The position numbers and the translations under genes were made by a program. From a virus (lineage: Duplodnaviria; Caudoviricetes), in IMG/VR virus record IMGVR_UViG_3300033516_000067, positions 1 to 27,174 of that record: DNA of 27,174 bases; one strand, given 5' to 3'. Below the pieces are notes generated by a model. The model did no database searches and was not told the DNA's origin. It saw nothing but the letters and a program-made list of their open reading frames with translations. Positions within the stretch are counted from its first letter, which is position 1; the number at the start of each line of letters is the position of its first letter. This document shows, one piece after another, positions 15,373 to 24,625 of this stretch.

Positions 15373-17474
15373 TGGCAGCACCACCACCGACAAGTCAGAG
15401 ATTCCTGCACATTTCGTTTGCCCTTGTATTTGATGGCAACGCGATAGGCTATATCACTCTGCCAATAAACCCCGAGGAATTGACACGATCTGAGCCATCC
15501 AGGATGTCGGTCGTGAACACAATTGGCGGGGCGTGGGTGGATTCGTTTGGGCGCGGTCTGTCCACGTTGACAATCGCCGGGAACACCGGCTGGGGGTCTA
15601 ATGGCCGCCCAGATGGAGTGCAGCAGTTTATCCGCCTCAGAGACCACTTTATTCACAAGTGGCATGAGATTCGTCAAGACCGAATAAACAACGGTCTGAA
15701 TCCTGACGATGTGCGTCTGATGCTTATTGACCCATTGAACGGGCAGTATGTGGCTGACGTTGTGCCAATGGTGTTCACGTTAAAAAGAAGCAAATCGCAA
15801 CCGTTGCTGTTGGTTTACAACATCGTTTTGACTGTGGTGAACGAATCAGCAGAGAACAAATACCCGGAGCTATTAGAGGCAATAAACCCGGCTGACAAGG
15901 CGGCCACATCGATTGCATCGATGACGGACTCTGTTGTCAGCCTGACAGGCAGCGCGAGCCCTGCGTCAGTGGGCGGCGGGTTAATTGGTAAGCTAAACGG
16001 ATTCGCCGCTGATATTGGATCGCTCGGGACGTCAGCTTTGGATGCGACAAAGAATGCCTTTGCGCCGATCATGTCCACGGCGTCAGACATTATTGCCACG
16101 GCGAATGCTGCAAAACGTGTTTTGACTGAGGCAGAGAAAGCCGTTGTCGGGGTTGCCAGAGAGTTATCCGCAACGGCCACAAAAGTTTGGGATGCTGCTG
16201 GGGCTGTGGCCGGCATTCCAAATGCCGCAAAGGCGGCCATCATGCAGGTCAAGAGGGAGTTTTCCAATTTGGGATGTGTTTTGAGCAATGGATTCACCGA
16301 TGCCATTGAAGCCGCGACAGCCCCATTGCTCCCATATGGGTCATCCAATTGCTCCAGCACGGCTGGTGGTAGCGCCCCGTCAGACGGGGCCAATCCATTT
16401 GCTGGCACCACAACGCCTGGTCCTGTTGGCACGACGCCTGATGCTGTTGCGGCGATCAATGAAATCAACAATCTTGACTTGACGCAGCCAGTTGATCAGA
16501 CCTCTTTATCTGCGCTGATCGCGCGGGTGAGTGCAGGCGTTACCGTTGCTGGGACAGCGCCACCTGCCGCGACAGTGCCTGCACCAACGGTGACGGCGAT
16601 CAGCCCATCAACAGGGCCAAGGGGCGCTAGGACGACTGTCACGATTACCGGTACGAATCTCAGCGGGGTCACGCGCGTCAAGATAAACGGAGTCCTGTGC
16701 TCTGCCTTGAGTGCTAGCACCGATACATCAATCACCTGCGTCACCCCGGCTTCGGGGGTAATTGGCGCAGTCAGTGTGGTGGTGACAACGGCTGGGGGAG
16801 ATAGCGCAGGCAACAATCTGTTTACTTACTTCGAGCCAACGCCAACGCCTGAGCCGACACCGACACCAACGCCGACACCAACGCCGACACCAACGCCAAC
16901 GCCTGAGCCGACACCAACGCCAACGCCAACGCCTGAGCCGACACCGACACCGACACCAACGCCAACGCCAACGCCAACGCCAACGCCAACGCCAAGTTCG
17001 ATACCGGCCATTACATGGCAAGAGGCTATGGATCGCTGGGTGTCAGAGCACCCCACAGCAACACTTCAGAAATTCCTTGACGTCCTTGAGCAATCTCATG
17101 TTGATGGGTACGATGTAGAAACTGGCCTTGCTATAAATAATGGTGTTACATATTACATAGCAAAGTATCACAAGCCAACAGCACAGCCTCCGAAAGAAAT
17201 AACATATTACTTGAGCACCCTTGGGTATGTTGTGCCAGGACAAATTATTAAGGTGTATTTCAGCGTCACAAATCCAACAGAAGAAGCGATAAAACTTTCT
17301 TATACATATTTTAACGGAACGTCACATTCTTCTGAAATAGATATAGAAACGGTGAATGTATCTGAGACAAACAGGATATTCAAGCCGACAATAAATCCAA
17401 TCTCTGATATATCAGTAATCCATCTATATGCAAAAGGTACTGATGGCAGCGTGAAAGCATCGTTCGTACAATGA
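15372..17474 (+). CDS. Tail-tube-initiator-like baseplate protein extended by an IPT/TIG domain, Pro-Thr linker and AT-rich C-terminal domain
   Basis: 700 aa; [35 protein letters not shown] is tube-initiator-like; [29 protein letters not shown] is IPT/TIG; long (PT)n tract. Confidence 0.7.
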   Translation: MAAPPPTSQRFLHISFALVFDGNAIGYITLPINPEELTRSEPSRMSVVNTIGGAWVDSFGRGLSTLTIAGNTGWGSNGRPDGVQQFIRLRDHFIHKWHEIRQDRINNGLNPDDVRLMLIDPLNGQYVADVVPMVFTLKRSKSQPLLLVYNIVLTVVNESAENKYPELLEAINPADKAATSIASMTDSVVSLTGSASPASVGGGLIGKLNGFAADIGSLGTSALDATKNAFAPIMSTASDIIATANAAKRVLTEAEKAVVGVARELSATATKVWDAAGAVAGIPNAAKAAIMQVKREFSNLGCVLSNGFTDAIEAATAPLLPYGSSNCSSTAGGSAPSDGANPFAGTTTPGPVGTTPDAVAAINEINNLDLTQPVDQTSLSALIARVSAGVTVAGTAPPAATVPAPTVTAISPSTGPRGARTTVTITGTNLSGVTRVKINGVLCSALSASTDTSITCVTPASGVIGAVSVVVTTAGGDSAGNNLFTYFEPTPTPEPTPTPTPTPTPTPTPTPEPTPTPTPTPEPTPTPTPTPTPTPTPTPTPSSIPAITWQEAMDRWVSEHPTATLQKFLDVLEQSHVDGYDVETGLAINNGVTYYIAKYHKPTAQPPKEITYYLSTLGYVVPGQIIKVYFSVTNPTEEAIKLSYTYFNGTSHSSEIDIETVNVSETNRIFKPTINPISDISVIHLYAKGTDGSVKASFVQ
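16833..16994 (+). repeat. Hexamer tandem repeat (CCRACR, with interspersed CCTGAG) encoding a (PT/PE)n linker
   Basis: About 160 bp of CCAACG/CCGACA units seen directly. Confidence 0.95.
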
Positions 17475-18079
17475 CAATTTCTTGGCGACTGGTCACCACC
17501 AGACACAATGACACCCTTCAGAAGCTCGCTCACCGCGAGTTGCAGAATGCTGCGCGTTGGCCAGAGATTGTCCAGCTTAACGGGTTGCGTCCGCCTTATC
17601 TCACCGGCGTGCCTCTGCACCCTGGCGTAATCAATGGCCAGGTATTGCTGTACGGAAATCCAATCAAAGTCCCTTCATCCAATTCCGATTTATCAACAGG
17701 GGTATCTTCGCTGCAGGCCTTTGGGGCTGATATTGCGCTAGAAGAAGGGAATTTAACAGTTGATGTTTTTGGCGACTTGAATCTGGCGCGCGGCATTCCA
17801 AATTTGAAGCAGGCGCTTGAATTGCGCTTGAACAACGCCATAGGATGCTTGCCATTCCATCCCCGCTATGGCAATGCTGCCGGCCGTCTTAAAGGGCACA
17901 AGCAAGACGGCAACATCCATCTTTTGATATTGCGCTTTTGCGAAGAGACATTGATGGCCGATCCGCGTGTGGCAGGCGTGTCGGACAGTACCGCGACACC
18001 CAAGGACGATGCTGTTCTGATCAAGATTACAGCGTTGGCCACTGACGGCACGGCGCTGCAACTTCAACTTGAAATTTAG
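17471..18079 (+). CDS. LysM-like (P2 gpX-type) domain fused to gp25/gpW-like baseplate wedge/sheath initiator
   Basis: N-terminal [30 protein letters not shown]; C-terminal [35 protein letters not shown]. Confidence 0.8.
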   Translation: MTISWRLVTTRHNDTLQKLAHRELQNAARWPEIVQLNGLRPPYLTGVPLHPGVINGQVLLYGNPIKVPSSNSDLSTGVSSLQAFGADIALEEGNLTVDVFGDLNLARGIPNLKQALELRLNNAIGCLPFHPRYGNAAGRLKGHKQDGNIHLLILRFCEETLMADPRVAGVSDSTATPKDDAVLIKITALATDGTALQLQLEI

Positions 18080-18086
18080 GGCCAGC

Positions 18087-19193
18087 ATGAGTTTTCAAAT
18101 CAAAAACTTCCAGTCCATCGTGGCCTCGCTGATCAACGTGTCACGGGCCTCTCAGACAAGAATCACAGACTTTTCTGTTGGCGCGGTAGCTCGCACCTTA
18201 ATGGAGTCTCCTGCGGTAGAGATTGAAGAGCTGTATTTGCAAATGTACCTCGGGCTGCAGGACGCCATCCCTGTTGCCATTTACAAGGCGTTTGACTTTG
18301 ACATTGTTGAAGCGCTGCCTGCTGCTGGTGTGCTGACTGTCAGTTTTCCGGCCGCAGTCTCTGCTGTGTCTATCCCTGAAGGGGCGTCCTTTGAAGTGTC
18401 ACAAAAAGGGCTTGTTTTCCAGTCACTCATGTCGCTATCGATTGCGGTTGGCGATACGCAGGTCGTGATTCCTGTGGCTTGCACCACTGCTGGTACAGCC
18501 GGAAACATTGCCGCCAACGAGATCACAGACAGCGAGTCTCTATTGCCACCCGGCGCCACTCTCACAAATTTGCCTTTTGTCAGCGGGAAAGACGCAGAGA
18601 GCGAAGTCGAAAGAAAGACAAGATTCAACAGCTTCATTCTGTCGATTTCTCGCGGCACGGTCGATGCCATCCGGTTTGCGGCTGAGTCTGTTCAGGTTTT
18701 TTCTTCCGCAGGGGCTGTTCAGGAGTATGTGACCCGTATCGGCATTGATGAACACGCCGGGCGACTTGAGGTTTATGTTTCAAGCTCGGTCGGGGCGCCT
18801 ACATTGACTTTGTTGTCAAAGGTGCAAGGTGCAATTGATGGCTATGTTGACCCAGCAACGGGGAGACGAGTTAACGGCTACCGTCCTGCCGGTGTGTCAG
18901 TCACTGTTCTGCCGATGCAGGAACGAGTTGTTCCGATTGGGTTGTCAGTTTCCACCAGGAGTGTTGCTCAAAACACAGCCGAAATGATCAGCAATATCAC
19001 GACAGTGCTGGCGCGGGTTGTTGCAGGCGTTTCCCCAGGGTCCGTGTTGCGGGTTGATGCCATCACCAGCGCGGTTTTGTCGCTACCAGACGTCATGACT
19101 TGTAACGTGACCAATACAAACAATTCAGTTTGCGGTCAGTTTGAGCGCCTCATGCTTGGCGCTGTCACAGTGACATGGGTGTCAAATGCGTAA
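18087..19193 (+). CDS. Baseplate J-like wedge protein
   Basis: Start at ATG 18087 (MSFQIKNF); ITDFSVGAVARTLME, CTTAGTAGNIAANEI, SGKDAESE.ERKTRF, SRGT, YRPAGV. Confidence 0.88.
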   Translation: MSFQIKNFQSIVASLINVSRASQTRITDFSVGAVARTLMESPAVEIEELYLQMYLGLQDAIPVAIYKAFDFDIVEALPAAGVLTVSFPAAVSAVSIPEGASFEVSQKGLVFQSLMSLSIAVGDTQVVIPVACTTAGTAGNIAANEITDSESLLPPGATLTNLPFVSGKDAESEVERKTRFNSFILSISRGTVDAIRFAAESVQVFSSAGAVQEYVTRIGIDEHAGRLEVYVSSSVGAPTLTLLSKVQGAIDGYVDPATGRRVNGYRPAGVSVTVLPMQERVVPIGLSVSTRSVAQNTAEMISNITTVLARVVAGVSPGSVLRVDAITSAVLSLPDVMTCNVTNTNNSVCGQFERLMLGAVTVTWVSNA

Positions 19194-20565
19194 CAAGCTG
19201 CTGAGTCATCTCTACAGCGGGTTCAATCAAGACCCCGATCCGATACTGGCGTTCGAGATTTGGCATCCTGACGGCGCGGCCTGGAATGTCAAAAATCGGC
19301 AGCTTGTTGTCAGCACTGATGCTGGATCGGTATTGACCAGCATAAACCTGGAGAGCGTCGGTACGGTGTGGGATGTTGTGTGCCGGTTGATGGATGTAGG
19401 AGTCCGAGTAAGCCGAATCAATGCCGACACCGTAGATTCCAGCGCGCTGATTCTTATGGACGGCGCCGGCAGAGAAAGTCAGTACACAAACTCCATTTAT
19501 GGATACAGGTCCGCACTTTGGGGTCTTTTAGAAGGATATGCCACCGAGGTCCAGAGCGCTTGGTACGCTGTTCCGCAAGCGCTCGAACAGGCCAGGCTAC
19601 ACAGTGCAGATGACGATTGGCTTGACTTGTGGGGGAGCTACTTCGGAGTAACGCGCCGATCTGGGCAGGCGGATGCCTCGTATCTGGCCACCATCGTGGC
19701 TGAGACGCTGAGAGCAAAATCCAATCGCTACGCCATTGAGAATGCCGTTCTGGACGTCACAGGCAGCCAGGTGCAAATTACCGAGCCGTGGCAGAGCATC
19801 TTTCGTCTGGATGCTTCGGCGCTGTCAGGGGCTCATGCATTGCATGATGGTGTTGTCGTCGGCCACCACTTGATTCGACCGTTGATTCCAAGTGGCAGCG
19901 ATTGGGATGCCGTGATGGCAGTTATTGAGCGCACGCGGGCCGCAGGTGTGCTGATTTCCAATCCGGTCCGCATTGTGCCAGCCAGTTTAGTCCCGGCAGC
20001 CATGCCAATCACACCGAATGTTTGGGCATCTCGGTTTTTTGATCACACCTTTTTGGTTGGGAAGATCAACGCCAATGCGTTAGGCCGGCTTGTGCTTGAT
20101 GGTGACCGTCCGGCAATAAACCATCTGGTTGCAATGTTCTCGCTTGGCAGTCTTGGTAACGCACAGGGAGTCAACAACGATCAGCACATGACCCCGTGGC
20201 GCAGCGTTGCCAAGGCCTCGGTTGCGTTGTCTGATGGCTTTGCCTTAGGCAACCTCAATGCCGTTCTGGGCCGGGGGCAGCTTGTCCGCAGGATTCTGCC
20301 AGTCCCATCATTGTCTGGCCTGCTTGCGTTGTCTGGTGCCAGTGCTGTGACAACAATTGACCGGGTAACAGAGATCGTTTTTGATGCACACGGTGCGTTG
20401 CTCTTACTTGGGGCGACAGTCAGCCAATGCGGGATGTGGCCAGAGATTTGCATGTCTTACATGGTTCGACTCAATGAGGATACTGGTTGGACGGGCTTTT
20501 GGACTGCTGACCGCGCATGGCACGACCAATCTGTTGTTGGCATGGCCATCAGCCAATCGACCTAG
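19186..20565 (+). CDS. Baseplate wedge protein (P2 gpI-like core)
   Basis: 459 aa after J; HSADDDWLDLWGSYFGVTRRSGQADASY and ERTRAAGV motifs. Confidence 0.72.
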   Translation: MRNKLLSHLYSGFNQDPDPILAFEIWHPDGAAWNVKNRQLVVSTDAGSVLTSINLESVGTVWDVVCRLMDVGVRVSRINADTVDSSALILMDGAGRESQYTNSIYGYRSALWGLLEGYATEVQSAWYAVPQALEQARLHSADDDWLDLWGSYFGVTRRSGQADASYLATIVAETLRAKSNRYAIENAVLDVTGSQVQITEPWQSIFRLDASALSGAHALHDGVVVGHHLIRPLIPSGSDWDAVMAVIERTRAAGVLISNPVRIVPASLVPAAMPITPNVWASRFFDHTFLVGKINANALGRLVLDGDRPAINHLVAMFSLGSLGNAQGVNNDQHMTPWRSVAKASVALSDGFALGNLNAVLGRGQLVRRILPVPSLSGLLALSGASAVTTIDRVTEIVFDAHGALLLLGATVSQCGMWPEICMSYMVRLNEDTGWTGFWTADRAWHDQSVVGMAISQST

Positions 20566-20568
20566 CTG

Positions 20569-20591
20569 GTCGTGACGCTACCTTATGTGGC
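20569..20591 (+). promoter_or_regulatory. Putative late promoter 7 (GTCGTGAC-N2-TACCTT), leadered transcript for the fibre operon
   Basis: Octamer 20569-20576, hexamer 20579-20584, predicted +1 near 20591; SD GAGGT 20601-20605 before ATG 20612. Confidence 0.75.
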
Positions 20592-20611
20592 AACACACAT
20601 GAGGTATTTTC

Positions 20612-21094
20612 ATGGCGATTCTCACAAATTCCGGTCGCGCCGCTTTGGCGGCTGCCATTGTGGCCAAGCCGATTCATATGGCCTGGGGCTCCGGCGATGC
20701 TGCCTGGGACGCTACGCCAGTGGCTGTCACCACTTCAGCCACGGCGCTGGTAAATGAAATTGGGCGGCGCACAGCCACTCAGATCAAATACTGCACACCC
20801 TTGGTCGGCGGAGAGCTTGTGGTTCCTACGGGCGAATTCACCGAATCGCTCACCCCCACCAAATACATCTATCTGCGATTCAATTTTGACTTTGTGGACG
20901 CTCCTGTGGCATCCATCCGGGAGGTAGCTGTGTTTTCAGGCACCGTGTTGCGCAGCGGATTGCCCGAAGGCCAGCGCTATTTCCCTCCCGCTGACGTTTC
21001 CAACCCAGGGATATTGATGGTCATTGAGCGCATTCCAAAGTTTGAACGCTCACCGTCTGTGCGTCAGTCATTTGAATTTGTTATTGAGATTTAA
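20612..21094 (+). CDS. Baseplate/fibre-attachment protein
   Basis: 160 aa; ILTNSGRAALA, MAWGSGDAAW, TALVNEIGRR, IREVAVF resemble stand-alone tail-fibre N-terminal/collar domains. Confidence 0.68.
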   Translation: MAILTNSGRAALAAAIVAKPIHMAWGSGDAAWDATPVAVTTSATALVNEIGRRTATQIKYCTPLVGGELVVPTGEFTESLTPTKYIYLRFNFDFVDAPVASIREVAVFSGTVLRSGLPEGQRYFPPADVSNPGILMVIERIPKFERSPSVRQSFEFVIEI

Positions 21095-21105
21095 GGAGCT
21101 TTGCA

Positions 21106-23049
21106 ATGCCCACCATGCCAGATGGTTACTACAGCCGGTTTGACCCAACAAAAAACTACGATCAGCACCTTTTCCGTGCTGGGTTTGTGTTGCAGTCAGC
21201 AGAGTTGAACGAAATTCAGCAGGCTGCGAAAAGCCATGCAAAAGGCATCGCCGATGCTCTGTTTAAGGACGGCGACATTGTGCGCGATGCTCGCATCATC
21301 GTGGACCCGGTGACTGGGGTGACTGTCTGCGAATCAGGCGCCATTTACATTGATGGAGTGGTGCGTGGGGTCGGTATTCAGAACATCACCCTGCCGGTTG
21401 ATTCGGTGGTGTCGGTCGGGGTTTACTTGACTGAGACGGTCGTCACAGAGTTGACAGACCCGCAACTGCGCGACCCGGCACTTCTCACGCACAACTACGA
21501 AGAAGCCGGGGCGGCACGCTTGCGTGTCACGTTGTCCTGGGGCTTCACGGGGGGTGCTGGAACGGGCAATTTTTACCCGGTCTATGTCGTTGACAACGGC
21601 GTAGTTCGCTCCAAAGAGCCGCCTCCGCAGTTGGACTCTGTTACACAGGCTCTGGCGCGCTATGACCGCGACTCAGCGGGTGGGACATATGTCGTTTCAG
21701 GACTGGCTGTCAAAAAAGAAACAGACGCTGCCGATGGCAGTCAGGTGTACACCGTAGGCGAGGGGCGCGCGCGCGTCAACGGTTACGGCGTGTCCATCGC
21801 TACATCAAAGCGCCTGCGGTATGCAGCAGAGCCGGACTTGCGAGCCATTGACTCGGAGCCGCACGTCAGTACCACGACAGCCGCACAAAGAATTAACCTT
21901 GACCGCACGCCAGTGTCTGGTATCCCGGTTGTTCGCATCACAGCAGAAAAATCAGAAACACTGGTGCATGGCGGCTACACCGGTGCGCAAGACCAAATCA
22001 CAGACACGTCGGTGATCAGTATTGTGTCTGTTGTGCAAGGCGGTACAACCTACATCCAGAACACCGACTACAAGCTCACAGGCGGCAAGGTCGATTGGTC
22101 TTTGGCCGGAGCGGAAGTGGCGACAGGTTCGTCTTACACAGTGACTTACCAATACATCAAGACGGTCACCCCATCGCTAGTCGATAGTACAGGGTTTACC
22201 GTCACCGGCGCTGTAGTCGGCTCACTTGTTTTGTCCAGCTACTCGCAGAAGTTGCCACGGATTGATCGTCTGTCTCTTGATAGCGACGGCGCATTTATTT
22301 GGACCAAGGGCGTATCCGCAGACTGGAACCCACAGCCGCCTGCCGTACCAGATAACCTTTTACCACTGGCGTCGGTGGTGCAGCTCTGGACGGATGACAG
22401 TTACGTTGCCAACAACAGCGTGCGAATGGTTCCCATGAACTACTTGTCGTCGCTCAACAGCAAGTTAGATGTCGTGATGGGCCTCATTGCACAACAACGA
22501 CTCGAGTCAAACATTCACGGGCGTGAAGCCGGTACAAAGAAAGGCATTTTCACTGATGCGTTTTTTGATGAAAGCCAGCGCGATTTCGGGCAGGTTCAAA
22601 CAGCCGCCATCGTTGGCGGCGAGTTGACATTGCCTGTACTAAACGCGAATGCGAAATACGTTAGCTCTGACGTTTCTGCGAGGACCACTATTCCATTCAC
22701 TCCTGTGGTGGCGCTGTCGCAAATGATTAGGACAGGATCAATGCCAGTTAATCCGTACCTGAGTTTTTCGCCTATTCCTGCAACTATTGTTTTAACGCCC
22801 AATGTTGATCGTTGGACTGAAGTACAAGAGGATTTCACGGGGCCGGTGACCAAGCGATTCACTTCAGGAGGTGGAAATATGTCAAGTGTTTCCACCAGCT
22901 CATCTACTGTACTGGTATCGTCGGAAGAGTCAACAATAGAAACCATTAGGCCGATTGAAGTTACTTTTAAAATTTCGGGATTCGGCCCAAATGAGCAATT
23001 ACTTGCTGTTGATTTTGGTGGTGTAGAGGCAGTGCCAGTTGCCGCATAA
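21106..23049 (+). CDS. DUF4815-like tail/baseplate protein, N-terminal part
   Basis: 647 aa; RBS AAGGAG; YYSRFDPTKNY..LFRAGFVLQSAELNEIQ, GRARVNGY, KGIFTDAF, NPY, LTPNVDRW motifs. Confidence 0.8.
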   Translation: MPTMPDGYYSRFDPTKNYDQHLFRAGFVLQSAELNEIQQAAKSHAKGIADALFKDGDIVRDARIIVDPVTGVTVCESGAIYIDGVVRGVGIQNITLPVDSVVSVGVYLTETVVTELTDPQLRDPALLTHNYEEAGAARLRVTLSWGFTGGAGTGNFYPVYVVDNGVVRSKEPPPQLDSVTQALARYDRDSAGGTYVVSGLAVKKETDAADGSQVYTVGEGRARVNGYGVSIATSKRLRYAAEPDLRAIDSEPHVSTTTAAQRINLDRTPVSGIPVVRITAEKSETLVHGGYTGAQDQITDTSVISIVSVVQGGTTYIQNTDYKLTGGKVDWSLAGAEVATGSSYTVTYQYIKTVTPSLVDSTGFTVTGAVVGSLVLSSYSQKLPRIDRLSLDSDGAFIWTKGVSADWNPQPPAVPDNLLPLASVVQLWTDDSYVANNSVRMVPMNYLSSLNSKLDVVMGLIAQQRLESNIHGREAGTKKGIFTDAFFDESQRDFGQVQTAAIVGGELTLPVLNANAKYVSSDVSARTTIPFTPVVALSQMIRTGSMPVNPYLSFSPIPATIVLTPNVDRWTEVQEDFTGPVTKRFTSGGGNMSSVSTSSSTVLVSSEESTIETIRPIEVTFKISGFGPNEQLLAVDFGGVEAVPVAA

Positions 23050-23058
23050 GGATTAAAA

Positions 23059-24615
23059 ATGTCAATTTTATATGCAAATTCAACAGGTCATCTGACCGCA
23101 AAGTTCTCTGTCCCATCAAATGTTGGTACAGGTGAAAAGCTGGTTTCATTCTTCGGTGCAAGCGGATCACAAGGTTCGGCGGTTTTCTCGAGCCAGGGGA
23201 TATTGCAGCGTAAATTGTTGCAAGTTGAGACATTAGTTACTGAGACCCGTTGGCAGTCGCTGCCAGAGCCAGCCCCTGTGTATGAGCCAAGCCCGACGGT
23301 AGAAGTTACAACTGATCCAAGTAGGTTTGCTTTTGGGCTGCAGATGATTCAGGACTCAGTTGATCTTGTAGAGCGCATAGGAAATCCAGTGACGGCTGCA
23401 GCTATTGCAAATTTAATACCTGGGCTAAACACGGCAATGAGCCTGGCCACTGATGCAGCCGGAATTGCTGCTGCAGAAAAGGCGTTTGAGACTGCTCTTG
23501 CATCTACTCAAAATCAGGTGTATCGCTTAGGCAGCATTACCAAAACTGCAGGTTATCAAGAAGAGTGGGGGTATGTCAATATCTACCAGGCGTGTACGAC
23601 CGATCCTTTGGCACAAACATTTAGCTTGCCGTCGGCTGCCCAACTGGCGGCTGTTGATCTCTGGTTCACAGCCAAGGGCGGCGCTAATGTTCGGGTTGAC
23701 ATTAGGTCTGTCAGCAACGGCTATCCAACAACCACAGTGCTGGGCAGCACTACGCTGGCTGCATCAGGAATTTTGACAAATGGAAGCCCTACCCGTATTG
23801 CGTTTGATTCCGCCGTGAATTTGTCTGCCAACACTGAGTACGCATTGGTTGTAATGGCAAACGACCCAACCACTGCGGTTTCCATCGCCGAACTCGGCAA
23901 GTGGGATGCTGCCAGTTCGCAGTGGGTCACCAGTCAGCCGTACACGGTTGGTGTGTTACTTTCGTCGAGTAATGCCATCACCTGGACTGCGCACCAAGAC
24001 CGAGACATGGCATTCCGTCTATTGACGGCGAGCTACACCGCCACGTCGCGCACCATTGATCTTGGTACTGTGGCTGTGTCTGGCGTCACTGACTTGATGC
24101 TGATGAGCTACGCCGAGAAGCCATCGGCTGATGCGTATGTCAGCTACGCACTGACTCTGCCGGACTTGAGCACGGTCACGGTTTCAGATGGCCAGTCTGT
24201 GCGTCTCGCATCTGAAATGACGGGGAATGTGGCAGTTTCTGCAACTTTGCATGGGTCAACAAATTTTAGCCCCGTGCTTACGCCTGGGACACAACTGGCG
24301 TATGGGACGGTGGCAACCACGGCGGACTACATCACCCGGGCCATCCCGGCTGGAACTGCTGCGCGGGTAAAAGTCATCTTTGAGGCCATCATCCCCAGCG
24401 GTGCCAGCGTGGCAGTGTCCGTCAAGGGGATTGATGGTGGTGACACATGGGTTGCTGCAGCTTACCAATCGTCGAGCCAGTTGGGGGACGGATGGATGGA
24501 GGTCACGCATGAGCTTGCATCCATCACTGAGGCCAGCGTGCATGTCAAGCTGGCACTGGCGGGCAACACCAACGCCCGCCCGCGTGTCAGAAATCTGCGC
24601 GTCATCGTCCTTTAA
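23059..24615 (+). CDS. DUF4815-like tail/baseplate protein, C-terminal part
   Basis: 518 aa; own RBS AAGGA; ANSTGHLTAKFSVPSNVGTGEK, DPLAQTF, QPYTVGVLLSSSNAITWTAHQDRDMAF, RPRVRNLRVI. Confidence 0.8.
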   Translation: MSILYANSTGHLTAKFSVPSNVGTGEKLVSFFGASGSQGSAVFSSQGILQRKLLQVETLVTETRWQSLPEPAPVYEPSPTVEVTTDPSRFAFGLQMIQDSVDLVERIGNPVTAAAIANLIPGLNTAMSLATDAAGIAAAEKAFETALASTQNQVYRLGSITKTAGYQEEWGYVNIYQACTTDPLAQTFSLPSAAQLAAVDLWFTAKGGANVRVDIRSVSNGYPTTTVLGSTTLAASGILTNGSPTRIAFDSAVNLSANTEYALVVMANDPTTAVSIAELGKWDAASSQWVTSQPYTVGVLLSSSNAITWTAHQDRDMAFRLLTASYTATSRTIDLGTVAVSGVTDLMLMSYAEKPSADAYVSYALTLPDLSTVTVSDGQSVRLASEMTGNVAVSATLHGSTNFSPVLTPGTQLAYGTVATTADYITRAIPAGTAARVKVIFEAIIPSGASVAVSVKGIDGGDTWVAAAYQSSSQLGDGWMEVTHELASITEASVHVKLALAGNTNARPRVRNLRVIVL

Positions 24616-24625
24616 GGGGTGAGCA

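Noticed and set aside
9107-18086. ORF-track starts at 9107, 12104, 12820 and 18069
   Set aside because: Downstream ATGs (9146, 12107, 12838, 18087) fit stop-start overlaps, SD position or non-overlap better.
15510-22478. 7/8 octamer matches at 15510 (GTCGTGAA), 18462 and 22471 (GTCGTGAT)
   Set aside because: All lie inside genes and lack the complete downstream A..T pattern; consistent with chance.
3166-24615. Tailocin, eCIS or T6SS interpretation
   Set aside because: An intact major capsid gene, head-tail adaptor/stopper and gpF-like head gene indicate a full phage virion.
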